A DNA stretch of 64,000 bases from Myxococcales bacterium (lineage in GTDB: Bacteria > Desulfobacterota > Binatia > HRBIN30). Location of the stretch: the NCBI GenBank assembly GCA_037445065.1, contig JBBILD010000006.1, positions 128,001 through 192,000 on the forward strand, in the 5' to 3' direction. The notes beneath the pieces were generated by a model. That model was given only the letters and a program-made list of their open reading frames with translations. It was not told the origin of the DNA and made no database searches. The position numbers and the translations under genes were made by a program. Of the stretch, positions 29,771 to 39,772 are shown in pieces. Position 1 is the stretch's first letter. Every line of letters begins with the position of its first letter.

Positions 29771-31852
29771 ATGCGAGAGTGGTCCCGCCTAGGAGCGGGC
29801 GTCGGCTTGGTCTTGTTTTTGTTGGTGGGGACGCAGCTCGAAGCACAAGTTTGTACCGGGGACTGCTCGGCGGACAACGAAGTCACCATTGATGAGATCA
29901 TCCTTGCGGTCAACATTGCTTTGGGATCGGCGGCTTCCTCCGCCTGCACTGCAGCGGATCAAAACGGCGACGGAGAAGTCACCATCGACGAGATCATCCA
30001 GGCGGTGAACAACGCCTTGAATGGCTGCACTCAGAGCACCCAGGACCCGTGGTTCTTCCAAAACCCGGCTCCCTCCGGCGAAGACTTGTTCGCCGTCAGC
30101 TTTCCCGACGCGCAGCACGGCTTTGCGGTGGGCAGCTTTTCCGAAGTCGTGCGCACGCGCGATGGTGGCCAGACGTGGGAGTCGGTGGCCGTCAATGACT
30201 TCTGGAACTTTTTTGCGGTCCGCTTCCTCGACGCGCAGCGGGGTTGGGTGGTCGGTGAGGCAGGGACCATGTACTTCACTGCCGACGGCGGAGACACGTG
30301 GAGTTCTCGTACCAGCGGAACGCAGCAAGACTTGAACGGGCTCGTCTTCCTTGATCCGGCGCGCGGCTTCGCGGTGGGCAGCGGAGGCGTGCTCCTGCGC
30401 ACGTCGGATGGTGGCGACACCTGGAATTCCACGGTGCTCAATGCCAGCCGGGATCTCTTTGCCATCAACTTTGCGGGACCGCAGCGCGGTTGGATCGTCG
30501 GCACGATGGGGAGCATTTGGCATTCAAGCGATAGCGGTGCGAGTTGGCAGACCCAGGCAAGCAATACTGGGGTGACTCTGTACTCCGTGGCCTTTGCCAA
30601 CGAGCAGCTTGGCTTGGTGGTGGGAGACAGCGGAACGATTTTACGCACCGAGGATGGGGGCGCCCGCTGGATCCCATCGGTTGCCCCTGAGATCGTCCCG
30701 CTGTACGGCGTGGCTTGGGCCGACGCGCAGACTGCATGGATCGTCGGTGACCTGGATGACTTTGGCGAAGCTGTCATTTTCAAGTCGACGGACGGCGGCC
30801 TCACTTGGACCCGACAAGACAGCCTCAACAATAACCCGCTGTACGGGCTGGCTGCCTTAGCGATCAACGGTGCTCGGGCCGTGGGTGGCGCGGGTACGTT
30901 GCTTGCCACTGATAACGGCGAGACTTGGTCGCTACGGAACCCGGCACCGACCAATGATCTCTACGGCGTGGCTTTCCCACCCGGCGAGCCAAACGTGGGA
31001 TACGCGGTCGGCGATTTCGGAGCCATCGCGGTGACGAGCGATGGAGGAGAGACATGGCTCTCGCGGGATGCCGGGACGACCGCCGGCCTGTTCGCGGTGA
31101 CTTCGATTGACCCCCAACTGGCCTGGGTTGCCGGCCAGGAGGGCTTGATTCTTTACACCCGCGACGGCGGCAGTACGTGGCTTCCGCAGAGTTCCGGAAC
31201 CACCGCTTCGTTGTTCGGTATCCAGTTCGTGACCGGTACGCAGGGGTGGGCGGTCGGCGAGAGCGGAACGATTCGCGTAACCACGGACGGCGGTGGCACT
31301 TGGCGCGGGCAAAGCAGCGGCACCACACAGGACTTGTTTGGCGTTCGCTTCGTGGACGTGTCTACCGGGTGGGTCGTCGGGGATAACGGCACGATCCTGC
31401 GCACCACCAACGGTGGTGCGACCTGGCAGCGGCAAGCCAGCGGTACGACTGAGCCACTCTTTGCCGTGGCTTGCGTGGACGCATCGACTTGCTGGGTCGT
31501 CGGTGGTAGCGGGCAGACCGATACCACCCCTCCGGTTCAGGTCCTGCTTAAAACCACCGACGGAGGACAAAGCTGGACGCAGCAAAATGTCTTTTGCGGC
31601 AGCAACCCTTCAGTTCCAGACAGTTCCGCTTGCCCAGACCCGCTTTTCGCCATTGTGGCGTTCGATCGGCAGACGGCTTGGGCGGTTGGGGATTTTGGTT
31701 TGATCTTGGCCACACGGGACGGGCAGCGGTGGGAGCCGCAAGCGAGCCCCACGGATGACCTACTGAATGCTCTCGCGTTCCCCACCCGGCAGGTGGGTTA
31801 CATTGTTGCAACCCGCGGCACCATCTTGAAAACAGAGACGGGAGGTTTTTGA
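29771..31852 (+). CDS. Secreted YCF48/BNR-repeat beta-propeller protein with N-terminal dockerin-like module
   Basis: Signal peptide; CTGDCSADNEVTIDE..GC; about 14 repeats of L..V.F.D...GW.VG..GTI..T.DGG.TW. Confidence 0.88.
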   Translation: MREWSRLGAGVGLVLFLLVGTQLEAQVCTGDCSADNEVTIDEIILAVNIALGSAASSACTAADQNGDGEVTIDEIIQAVNNALNGCTQSTQDPWFFQNPAPSGEDLFAVSFPDAQHGFAVGSFSEVVRTRDGGQTWESVAVNDFWNFFAVRFLDAQRGWVVGEAGTMYFTADGGDTWSSRTSGTQQDLNGLVFLDPARGFAVGSGGVLLRTSDGGDTWNSTVLNASRDLFAINFAGPQRGWIVGTMGSIWHSSDSGASWQTQASNTGVTLYSVAFANEQLGLVVGDSGTILRTEDGGARWIPSVAPEIVPLYGVAWADAQTAWIVGDLDDFGEAVIFKSTDGGLTWTRQDSLNNNPLYGLAALAINGARAVGGAGTLLATDNGETWSLRNPAPTNDLYGVAFPPGEPNVGYAVGDFGAIAVTSDGGETWLSRDAGTTAGLFAVTSIDPQLAWVAGQEGLILYTRDGGSTWLPQSSGTTASLFGIQFVTGTQGWAVGESGTIRVTTDGGGTWRGQSSGTTQDLFGVRFVDVSTGWVVGDNGTILRTTNGGATWQRQASGTTEPLFAVACVDASTCWVVGGSGQTDTTPPVQVLLKTTDGGQSWTQQNVFCGSNPSVPDSSACPDPLFAIVAFDRQTAWAVGDFGLILATRDGQRWEPQASPTDDLLNALAFPTRQVGYIVATRGTILKTETGGF

Positions 31853-31870
31853 TCGCAACGGAATGCGGCG

Positions 31871-32911
31871 TTAGCGCACTCGCTCGTGCGCTCGGAAGAG
31901 GCGCTGGATTTGTTGCCGGTACGGGGCGCGGATCACGCCGCGCTCGGTGATGAGGGCCGATACGAACCGCGCAGGCGTGACGTCGAAGGCCGGGTTGGCA
32001 ACGGCGACCTCCGCCGGCGCAACCCGCCGCCCCCCGCAATGCGTGACTTCCTCCGGCGGCCGTTCCTCGATGACGATGTCCTCGCCGGATGGGCACTCGC
32101 GGTCCAGCGTAGAAAGCGGTGCCGCAACATAGAAAGGCAGGCGGTGAGCACGGGCGAGTACGGCGAGACCATACGTGCCGATCTTGTTGGCCACGTCTCC
32201 GTTGGCTGCAATGCGATCCGCCCCCACGATGACGCAGTCCACCTCGCCGCGCCTCATTCGATCTGCGGCCATGTTATCCGTGATCAGCGTCACCGGGACG
32301 CCGTCGCGCACGAGTTCCCACGCGGTGAGTCGCGCTCCCTGCAAAAACGGTCGCGTTTCGGTGGCGAGCACGCTGACTTCTTTTCCTTGTTCCCGCGCCG
32401 CCCGGATCACACCCAGGGCAGTGCCGTAACCAGCGGTGGCAAGGGCGCCGGCGTTGCAGTGGGTGAGCACCCGCACACGGCGCGGTAAGAGCTTGGCCCC
32501 GAAATGCCCGAGGGCACGATTAGCTGCGCGGTCCTCCTCATAGATCGCTTGCGCTTCGGCGAGCATGGCGGCACGCACCGCGGCAAGCCCGGCACCCCGT
32601 GTTGCTGCAAACCGCTTCTGCATGCGCGCAATGGCCCAGAAGAGATTTACTGCGGTCGGGCGCGTCGAGGCGAAGGTCTCACAGATCCGAGCGAAGGTAG
32701 CCTCTGGGTCGCGCCGCGCTTGCATCATGCCTAGCGCGATGCCGAAGGCAGCAGTCACGCCAATGGCCGGTGCCCCGCGTACTACCATGTCGCGAATCGC
32801 TTGTGCGAGTTTTCGATAGTCGCGGTAGACTCGGTACACTTCGCGCTCCGGCAACAGCCGCTGGTCGATCAACACCACAGCGTTGTCACGCCATTCCACT
32901 GTGCGGATCAT
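31871..32911 (-). CDS. mtnA: S-methyl-5-thioribose-1-phosphate isomerase
   Basis: [62 protein letters not shown]. Confidence 0.96.
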   Translation of the reverse strand: MIRTVEWRDNAVVLIDQRLLPEREVYRVYRDYRKLAQAIRDMVVRGAPAIGVTAAFGIALGMMQARRDPEATFARICETFASTRPTAVNLFWAIARMQKRFAATRGAGLAAVRAAMLAEAQAIYEEDRAANRALGHFGAKLLPRRVRVLTHCNAGALATAGYGTALGVIRAAREQGKEVSVLATETRPFLQGARLTAWELVRDGVPVTLITDNMAADRMRRGEVDCVIVGADRIAANGDVANKIGTYGLAVLARAHRLPFYVAAPLSTLDRECPSGEDIVIEERPPEEVTHCGGRRVAPAEVAVANPAFDVTPARFVSALITERGVIRAPYRQQIQRLFRAHERVR

Positions 32912-33011
32912 CGCTCTCGGTTTGCTAACAGATTTCCGGCTTGTTGGACCGTCGTCGTTCTAGGGCTGCCGCAGACCGCACCGGCCGGGCAGTCGGCCGC
33001 GACGGGGCGAA

Positions 33012-34208
33012 TCAGCGGCTCCTCCACTCCACTCGCGCGTCTCCGTTCTCCGCGGCGAGGGCGTTTTCCAAGTATAAACGGAACTCTTCGCGCCGCCGAA
33101 GCCACGCCTCGAAGTGCGCAAGGGTAGCGGCCAGGGCGAGATCGTGCTGGCGCTGTGGGCGCATCGAAGGTGGGTTACGCGGGCCGGCCGTGCAGGGTAG
33201 GGGACAGCCGCCGAGCTGGATCCCAGCCTCTGCTCCCCCGAGGCCCGCAGTCAGGTCGGTGTTGCCGCTGTTCGCAAGCGCGGACAAAAGTGCCGAGCAA
33301 CCGAGGTCGTCGGAGTTGCTCATGTCTGCGAAGAGCCTCTCGGCTCCGTCGGTGAACGAGGTGTGGTTTCCTTGCAGTAGGGTAACGAGGTACTTCGGAG
33401 GCTGCGCGCGCTCGAAAGCGCGCACCGCGTTTGCCTGGTACGGAACGATGGCGTCGATGTCGCCATGTACAATGAGCAGCGGCACGCTGCGGGTGGCGAA
33501 GAAGGTTTGCGTCAGGAAACAGGCTGGGGGAGCGTGTGCCACAGTGGCGGCGATGCGCGGGTCGTGAAGCTGGGGGTGAAAGGTGACGAGCAGCGAGGTG
33601 GCGCCTCCCAGAGAGAGGCCCATGACGCCGATGGCATCGGCGTGGATTTGCCGCGCTAACCCAATGCCTCCGTTTGGCTCCCCGTCGCCGGAAAGCACCG
33701 CGCTGATGAGAAACGACACGTCGCCAGGTTGATTCGCTAGGTCGGCGAAGGTGGCTCCGCCGGGCGCATTGAAGGAGGTCAGTGGAAAATCTGCGGCGGC
33801 CACTACGTATCCGTGGCTTGCGAGATGGCGAGCGAGGTAGGTACCGCCGGCGCGATTGCCGAGGAAGCCGTGCGCGTAGACCACAAGTGGGAAGGGACCG
33901 CCATTGCGGGCAGCCATGGGAGGCCTCTCGTTCGTGGCTTCTGCAGGATACCACACAGTGGTGGGCAAGCGGCGTTCCGGAGCACCGGGGAAGTTGCGGT
34001 TGGCCATGGTCGGCCGCGAGGGGTCAGTAAACACCGCGTCAAAGGCCCCGACCGCATAAGGGCCCGGTGCCAATAGGTCTGCCGTTGTTGGGACCGCCGC
34101 CGGCTGCGCTCCTGCCTCTCCGTCGTCCCCGCACCCACCGGACCCGAGGGGAAGGATCAGCAAGAACCCCAGAAGAGCCCAGTTTCGTTTGAATCGGCTG
34201 TAGCGCAT
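33012..34208 (-). CDS. Secreted alpha/beta hydrolase, probable lipoprotein
   Basis: Lipobox-like SGGC; PGPYAVG, VWYP, PLVVYAHG, LASHGYVV, GLSLGG nucleophile elbow, HGDID, GNH. Confidence 0.82.
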   Translation of the reverse strand: MRYSRFKRNWALLGFLLILPLGSGGCGDDGEAGAQPAAVPTTADLLAPGPYAVGAFDAVFTDPSRPTMANRNFPGAPERRLPTTVWYPAEATNERPPMAARNGGPFPLVVYAHGFLGNRAGGTYLARHLASHGYVVAAADFPLTSFNAPGGATFADLANQPGDVSFLISAVLSGDGEPNGGIGLARQIHADAIGVMGLSLGGATSLLVTFHPQLHDPRIAATVAHAPPACFLTQTFFATRSVPLLIVHGDIDAIVPYQANAVRAFERAQPPKYLVTLLQGNHTSFTDGAERLFADMSNSDDLGCSALLSALANSGNTDLTAGLGGAEAGIQLGGCPLPCTAGPRNPPSMRPQRQHDLALAATLAHFEAWLRRREEFRLYLENALAAENGDARVEWRSR

Positions 34209-34323
34209 GCGCGGCGTTTTGTCGGAATGTGCAAGCTGGGTCAACAGCCGCAACTGGCGTGCCGCGCGCCTTGGTTTGGATGCTTGCATTGGGCACGAGT
34301 TGAGGAGAAAATTCGGCGAACAA

Positions 34324-35364
34324 ATGGCGGAGGAGAAAATCCCGGGCAGGGGCGCGGCGCAGAACCCCGAGAACCGTTTCGAGTCCATCCACATCGAGTG
34401 GGATGAAGAGGACCCGGAGGGTGCGCAAACCCAGTACTTTCGCGACGCCTCGCGTAGCATCTTGGCGGCAAACGACAGCCCGGATGTTCCGTTCCGTTTC
34501 AGCCTCAATCCGTATCGGGGCTGCGAGCACGGCTGTATTTATTGTTACGCTAGACCGAGCCACGAGTACTTAGGTTGGAGCGCGGGGCTCGATTTCGAAA
34601 CCCGGATCCTGGTGAAGACCGATGCACCAGAACTCTTGCGGCGTGCTCTGTCTGCGCCCGGGTGGCAGCCGCAAGTGGTTGCTTTGTCAGGCAACACCGA
34701 TTGTTACCAGCCGGCCGAACGAAGGTTCGGGCTTACGCGCGCCTGCCTCGAGGTGTTTCGGGAATTTCGGAATCCGGTCGGGGTCGTGACCAAGAGTGCA
34801 CTGGTGCTGCGCGATCTCGAGCTGCTCGCGGATCTGGCTCGGCAGCGCCTAGTGCACGTGGCGATTTCCGTGACCACCCTCGACCGGGAACTTACGCGGC
34901 GCCTGGAGCCCAGGGCTGCGCAGCCGGCTAAGCGGCTGGAAGCCATACGGGAACTGGCCCGCGCCGGAGTACCGGTGGCAGTGATGATTGCCCCTGTAAT
35001 CCCCGGGCTGAACGATGAGGAGATTCCAGCGATTTTGAGCGCCGCCGCGGAGGCCGGGGCCATGAGCGCTGCTTACGTGCTCCTGCGCTTGCCAGCTCCA
35101 GTGGATCGCTTGTTCGACGATTGGCTCCAACGCCATCTCCCTGAGCGGCGCGGGCGCGTGCTCGGGCGGATCCAGCAATGCCGTGGCGGGCGCCTGAACG
35201 ACGTCCGTTTTGGCAGCCGCATGCGTGGCGAAGGGGACTACGCAAAGCAAATCCAGGCGCTGTTTCGCTTGATGGCACGGAAGAGCGGACTGGATCGGCC
35301 ACTGCCGGAGTTGGACACGACCAACTTCCGGCGGCCGCAAGTAGGCCAGCTCAGCCTTTGGTAA
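34324..35364 (+). CDS. PA0069/Rv2578c-family radical SAM protein (spore photoproduct lyase-like)
   Basis: GRGA..NP.NRF, NPYRGCEHGCIYCYARPSH, NTDCYQPAE, LEPRA, C-terminal QLSLW. Confidence 0.92.
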   Translation: MAEEKIPGRGAAQNPENRFESIHIEWDEEDPEGAQTQYFRDASRSILAANDSPDVPFRFSLNPYRGCEHGCIYCYARPSHEYLGWSAGLDFETRILVKTDAPELLRRALSAPGWQPQVVALSGNTDCYQPAERRFGLTRACLEVFREFRNPVGVVTKSALVLRDLELLADLARQRLVHVAISVTTLDRELTRRLEPRAAQPAKRLEAIRELARAGVPVAVMIAPVIPGLNDEEIPAILSAAAEAGAMSAAYVLLRLPAPVDRLFDDWLQRHLPERRGRVLGRIQQCRGGRLNDVRFGSRMRGEGDYAKQIQALFRLMARKSGLDRPLPELDTTNFRRPQVGQLSLW

Positions 35365-35490
35365 CTGAGAGACACCTTTGAGCGTGAATCCACGCTCGGG
35401 TTGGCTGGGCCCCCGTTGGGGATCGAGTCCCGGGTGGAGACTGGTCTGCGAGGGCGGCCGAGCACGAGCGGTGGTGAGGCACGTGCTCAT

Positions 35491-36444
35491 CTACGCTGCG
35501 GGTCCCGGATGAAGAAGCGCCCGCCAAACTTCCGCGACCGGCAGTCGGTGGGTGCAAAACACTCCAGGCCCGCAATGCCCGCACGGATCTGGCCGGTAAA
35601 GAACCTGCACACACTCGCCGCGCGGCGCCCAAGTCGTGGGAGAAGTAGGCCCGAACAGAACGAGCACCCGCGCCGCGAGAATCGCGGCCACATGGCTCAC
35701 GCCAGAGTCGTTCCCGACATAAAGCGACGCCCCATCGAGCCAGGTGGCAACTTCGCGAATGTCTCGATCTTCGAGCCTCACGGACGCATGCTGGATGTGC
35801 TCGACGCGGCCTCTCTCCGCCGGGCCGCGAATCTCGATCACCGCACCGTGGGTTTGCTCCACCCAGCGCCGAGCCAGCTCGCCAAATCCGGCCCAGTTCT
35901 TGGCGCCGCTTCCGCTGCCAGCGTGGACGAAGAGCGTGGGGGCTGGCAAATTGCGCAACGCGGCACACGGGTGCTCGGGGCTAGGAGGGTGCAGGCGGAA
36001 CAGCGAGCGCTGCAATTTCGCCGGCTCGACGCCCAAGCACCGCGCGTAGTAGACGGTAGCGTGCTCCCCTGGGTGCATACCGCGGAACGGGAACACCTGC
36101 ACCTCCTTTGCGCCGGTCGCCTTGGCGAGAGCCTCGGCAAAGCCGGGAAGCGTTGCCCCGCTCCAGGAGTAAGCGCGTTCGACGCCCCGAAGGTGGGGCG
36201 ATTCTGTGCCCTGGTCCGCCGTGCGCGGGGAGTAAAGCCGAACCACCTCTGGGTGGTCCAAAGACAATGGGTACAAGTGTGGGTGGTGGATCAAGGAAAG
36301 CCAGGCCGAGCGAGCGACAAGCACAACCTCGGTGCCCGTTTGCATGACGGCGACGGCGGCAGGAAGGAAGCAGAGAAAATCGCCGAGTGCGCCCGGGAAC
36401 AGGAGGAGGACGCGCCCCTTACGCCGGTCTTTCAATTGACTCAC
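35491..36444 (-). CDS. Glycosyltransferase family 9 (heptosyltransferase-like)
   Basis: PGALGDF, HAGSGSGAKNW, GPAE, YVGNDSGVSHVAA, LFGPTSP..WAP. Confidence 0.85.
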   Translation of the reverse strand: MSQLKDRRKGRVLLLFPGALGDFLCFLPAAVAVMQTGTEVVLVARSAWLSLIHHPHLYPLSLDHPEVVRLYSPRTADQGTESPHLRGVERAYSWSGATLPGFAEALAKATGAKEVQVFPFRGMHPGEHATVYYARCLGVEPAKLQRSLFRLHPPSPEHPCAALRNLPAPTLFVHAGSGSGAKNWAGFGELARRWVEQTHGAVIEIRGPAERGRVEHIQHASVRLEDRDIREVATWLDGASLYVGNDSGVSHVAAILAARVLVLFGPTSPTTWAPRGECVQVLYRPDPCGHCGPGVFCTHRLPVAEVWRALLHPGPAA

Positions 36445-36502
36445 CTGGGAGGTGCCGGTATCTTGCCGTGTGTTCGCTACGCGGCCCTTCCGTTGAGGAC
36501 CC

Positions 36503-37435
36503 ATGGAAACCTCACCTGCCCATTCGGTTTTGGAGCTCATCGGTAACACCCCGGTGGTGAAGCTGCAGCGGATCGCCACCCCCGAGATGGCGGAGGTGTG
36601 GGGGAAGCTCGAATCCATGAATCCAGGCGGGAGCGTCAAAGACCGCATTTGTCGGGCCATGATCGAGGCGGCCGAAAAAGATGGCCGCCTCAAACCTGGG
36701 GGAACGATCGTGGAGCCCACCAGCGGCAACACCGGGATCGGGCTTGCTTTGGTGGCCGCGGTCAAAGGGTACCGGTGCGTGCTGACCATGCCGGACACGA
36801 TGAGCGAAGAACGACGCAGCTTGCTCACGGCCTACGGGGCGTTTTTGGAACTAACGCCTGACAGCAAGGGCATGCACGCGGCCGTGGCTCGGGCCGAGCA
36901 GATCGCGCGCTCGCACCCCGACTTCTTTATGCCGCAGCAGTTTCGCAACCCGGCCAACCCGGAGGCACATCGGCGAACGACGGCGCAAGAATTGTTGGAA
37001 GACTTTGAACGAATCGACGCCTTTGTTGCTGGGGTAGGTACGGGCGGCACCATTACCGGCGTGGGGCAAGTGCTCCGGGAGCGTATGCCCGGAATCCGAA
37101 TCTTCGCCGTGGAGCCGGCCGCCTCGCCGGTTTTGCGTGGAGGGGAGCCAGGGTTTCATAACATCCAGGGAATTGGCGCCGGGTTCGTGCCCGAGATCCT
37201 GGATACGACGATTTACGACGAGGTCATCGAGGTTTCGGACGAAGAGGCGACCTACTTTACGCGCCGCTTGGCACAGGAAGAAGGCTTGTTATTGGGAATT
37301 TCCTCGGGTGCGAACGTGTGCGCCGCGGTCGAGGTGGCGAAGAGACTCGGCCCGGGAAAAGTGGTTGTGACCATGCTGTGCGACACGGGCCAGCGTTACT
37401 TGAGCACACCCGTGTTTCAGTGCGAGGGAATTTGA
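36503..37435 (+). CDS. cysK: Cysteine synthase A
   Basis: IGNTP, NPGGSVKDR, EPTSGNTG, QQFRNPAN, GVGTGGT, IQGIGAG, GISSG. Confidence 0.95.
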   Translation: METSPAHSVLELIGNTPVVKLQRIATPEMAEVWGKLESMNPGGSVKDRICRAMIEAAEKDGRLKPGGTIVEPTSGNTGIGLALVAAVKGYRCVLTMPDTMSEERRSLLTAYGAFLELTPDSKGMHAAVARAEQIARSHPDFFMPQQFRNPANPEAHRRTTAQELLEDFERIDAFVAGVGTGGTITGVGQVLRERMPGIRIFAVEPAASPVLRGGEPGFHNIQGIGAGFVPEILDTTIYDEVIEVSDEEATYFTRRLAQEEGLLLGISSGANVCAAVEVAKRLGPGKVVVTMLCDTGQRYLSTPVFQCEGI

Positions 37436-38271
37436 TGATGTCCAGCGACGAAAAGCTTACACGTTTGCGTGCGATCCTCCGTGGCTGCGAGCGGCTACTG
37501 GTGGCCTTTTCGGGCGGAGTGGATTCTTCCTTTTTACTGCGGGTTGCGGCTGAGGAACTGCCCGGCCAGGTGGTTGCCCTGACCATTTCGTCACCCACCG
37601 TTCCGGCTGAGGACTACACGCTAGCGGTCGAGTTGGCGCGCATGTGGGACGTGGAGCACGTGGTGGTGGAAGCTGACGAGCTGGGCATCCCGAACTACGC
37701 CGCCAACCCAGTCAATCGCTGCTACTTCTGCAAACACCACTTGTACGAGATCTGCGCCAAGGAGGCTGGGAAGCGCGGCATCCGCGTGATTGCCGATGGG
37801 GTGAATCGGGATGATCTGGGGGATTACCGCCCCGGACTCCAAGCCGCACAGGAAAGCGGCATTCGCCATCCCCTGGTCGAGGCGGAGCTCGGCAAGGCGG
37901 AGATTCGGGACTTGAGCCGCCGGCTCGGCCTGGCGACTTGGAACAAGCCGGCTAGTCCCTGCTTGTCGTCCCGCTTCCCTTACGGCACGCCCATTACCCA
38001 CGAGGCGCTCACGCGCGTGGCTCGAGCGGAACGGCTCTTGCGCCAAGCGGGGTTTTCCGATTGCCGGGTGCGTTATCACGGAGAGATCGCCCGTATCGAA
38101 GTGCCAGTACCGGAACTGCCGCGCTTGGTCGAACCCTCCTTCCGGCAAGAGATCGTCAGCGAGTTTCAGGAGTTGGGTTTTCGCTTTGTTACGGTGGATC
38201 TGCAGGGGTTACGAAGTGGCAGCCTTAACGAGGGGATTGCTCTCGGATACGGGAGTTCTCTGAACTCGTAG
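37435..38271 (+). CDS. larE: LarE-family ATP-dependent sulfur transferase
   Basis: AFSGGVDS PP-loop, RCYFCK, DYRPG, KPASPCLSSRFPYG, RVRYH; TGATG overlap with cysK. Confidence 0.9.
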   Translation: MMSSDEKLTRLRAILRGCERLLVAFSGGVDSSFLLRVAAEELPGQVVALTISSPTVPAEDYTLAVELARMWDVEHVVVEADELGIPNYAANPVNRCYFCKHHLYEICAKEAGKRGIRVIADGVNRDDLGDYRPGLQAAQESGIRHPLVEAELGKAEIRDLSRRLGLATWNKPASPCLSSRFPYGTPITHEALTRVARAERLLRQAGFSDCRVRYHGEIARIEVPVPELPRLVEPSFRQEIVSEFQELGFRFVTVDLQGLRSGSLNEGIALGYGSSLNS

Positions 38272-38962
38272 AACCAGCTCGGCTTCGTGCCGCGTACCAC
38301 TCAGCCCAATCCCAATCGTCCGGCCGGGTAAGCTTTCGGTTGGTCTCTTCCCCGGGGACCACGTGCACGGGGAACCCGGCTGCTTCTAGCAGTTGAGCCT
38401 CGTCGGTGGCTTGGAGCCCGCAAGTTTGGGCATGAGCAATCGCTGTCACGAGCCAGTCCCGGCGGCTTACCTGTGGGGTTTGCGCGTGCCAGAGACAGCT
38501 CCGGTCTACGGTATGATGGATGACGCCTGCCTCTACCCACTTGATGGTATCCGTGACCGGGATGGCGAGAATGGCGCTCCCATGCGATCGGGCGCCCCGA
38601 ACACACGCCTCCACCGCCGCCCGGGTCACGAACGGGCGCGCCGCATCATGGACCAGAACCAGCTCATTGCTGGGATCGCTAGCGGCCAAGCCAGCGGCGA
38701 CCGAATCGGCCCGCTCGGCACCGCCTGCAACCACTCGCAGGCGAGGCTGTTCCTGTGAATGCCCTTCCAACGCTGCCAGAAACGAATCAAGCGCATCACC
38801 CGGCGCGACAATGACGATTTCCGTGATGCCCGAAACTTGCTGAAGGGTTACCAAAGAATGCAAGAACAGGGGCTTGCCACCGAGCGGACGGAGAGCCTTG
38901 GGCAAGCCTCCGCCCATCCGCATTCCGCGGCCGGCGGCGGCCAAGATGGCTGAAAGCGGCAC
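38225..38962 (-). CDS. ispD: 2-C-methyl-D-erythritol 4-phosphate cytidylyltransferase
   Basis: AAGRGMRMG..PK, GGAERADSV, VHDAARPF, DTIK, QTPQ, TDEA, N.KLT.P.D. Confidence 0.94.
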   Translation of the reverse strand: MPLSAILAAAGRGMRMGGGLPKALRPLGGKPLFLHSLVTLQQVSGITEIVIVAPGDALDSFLAALEGHSQEQPRLRVVAGGAERADSVAAGLAASDPSNELVLVHDAARPFVTRAAVEACVRGARSHGSAILAIPVTDTIKWVEAGVIHHTVDRSCLWHAQTPQVSRRDWLVTAIAHAQTCGLQATDEAQLLEAAGFPVHVVPGEETNRKLTRPDDWDWAEWYAARSRAGSTSSENSRIREQSPR

Positions 38963-39007
38963 GGAACTCGGCCTGCGCTCAAGAACTCAAATCCTCGGGT
39001 GCCGGGC

Positions 39008-39496
39008 TCACTGGGCGAAAATCTGGTTTAATTCTTCGAGCACTTTCTCTTCGGGGTGCGACTTGGCAATCGAGATTTCTTTGACGAGAAGGTTCCGCGC
39101 TAAGTCCAGCATTTTTCGTTCCCCGAAGGAAAGCTCTTTGTCGCTGCGCAAGATGCTCAAATCGCGCAGGACCGTAGCAATTTCGAGCACGGATCCTGTT
39201 TTGATCTTCTCTGTGTACTCGCGGTAGCGCCGATTCCAAGTCTGCTGATCCATGGGCTTCTTTACTTTCCGCTCCCGCAGAATCTTGTAAATCTTATTGA
39301 CCATGTCTTTGCCGATCACTCGGCGCAGGCCCACCGCTTCGACACTGTCGGTCGGGATCATGATGGTCATTTGGTTGTCCAAGATGCGGAGCATGTAAAA
39401 CGTCTTTTGCGTGCCTTGGATCACCCGAGTTTCGATGCTTTCGATGACCCCAACCCCGTGAGCCGGGTAGACGACCTTTTCGCCGACTTTGAACAT
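39008..39496 (-). CDS. carD: CarD family transcriptional regulator
   Basis: FKVGEKVVYPAHGVG, WNRRYR, KELSFGERKML. Confidence 0.93.
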   Translation of the reverse strand: MFKVGEKVVYPAHGVGVIESIETRVIQGTQKTFYMLRILDNQMTIMIPTDSVEAVGLRRVIGKDMVNKIYKILRERKVKKPMDQQTWNRRYREYTEKIKTGSVLEIATVLRDLSILRSDKELSFGERKMLDLARNLLVKEISIAKSHPEEKVLEELNQIFAQ

Positions 39497-39772
39497 CGCC
39501 TGCTCCTCCCCTGGCCCAATGAGCCGCGGATTGACGAGTTGGTCTTCTTAAGTACCTATAAATCCAGCTTTTTGCAACTCGGGCGCGTTTTTTGCGGCGG
39601 CCCGCCGGCGTTGCAGCGAGCGCTCGGTGCACAAGCTTTCCCAGCTTTCCAGCCGAATTCTCGACCGCCGGCGCTGTTTTGGTTGCGCAGGGAGAATCTC
39701 TGGCTCGATAGGTTGAGCCCCCCACTGAATCGTAGTAGAGGCGACCCAGTTCAGGCGGAGGGAGCCGACGGT

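Noticed and set aside
38225..39496. carD-ispD without ispF, and ilvB without ilvN
   Set aside because: Split operons are common and the partners may lie elsewhere; not informative from one window.
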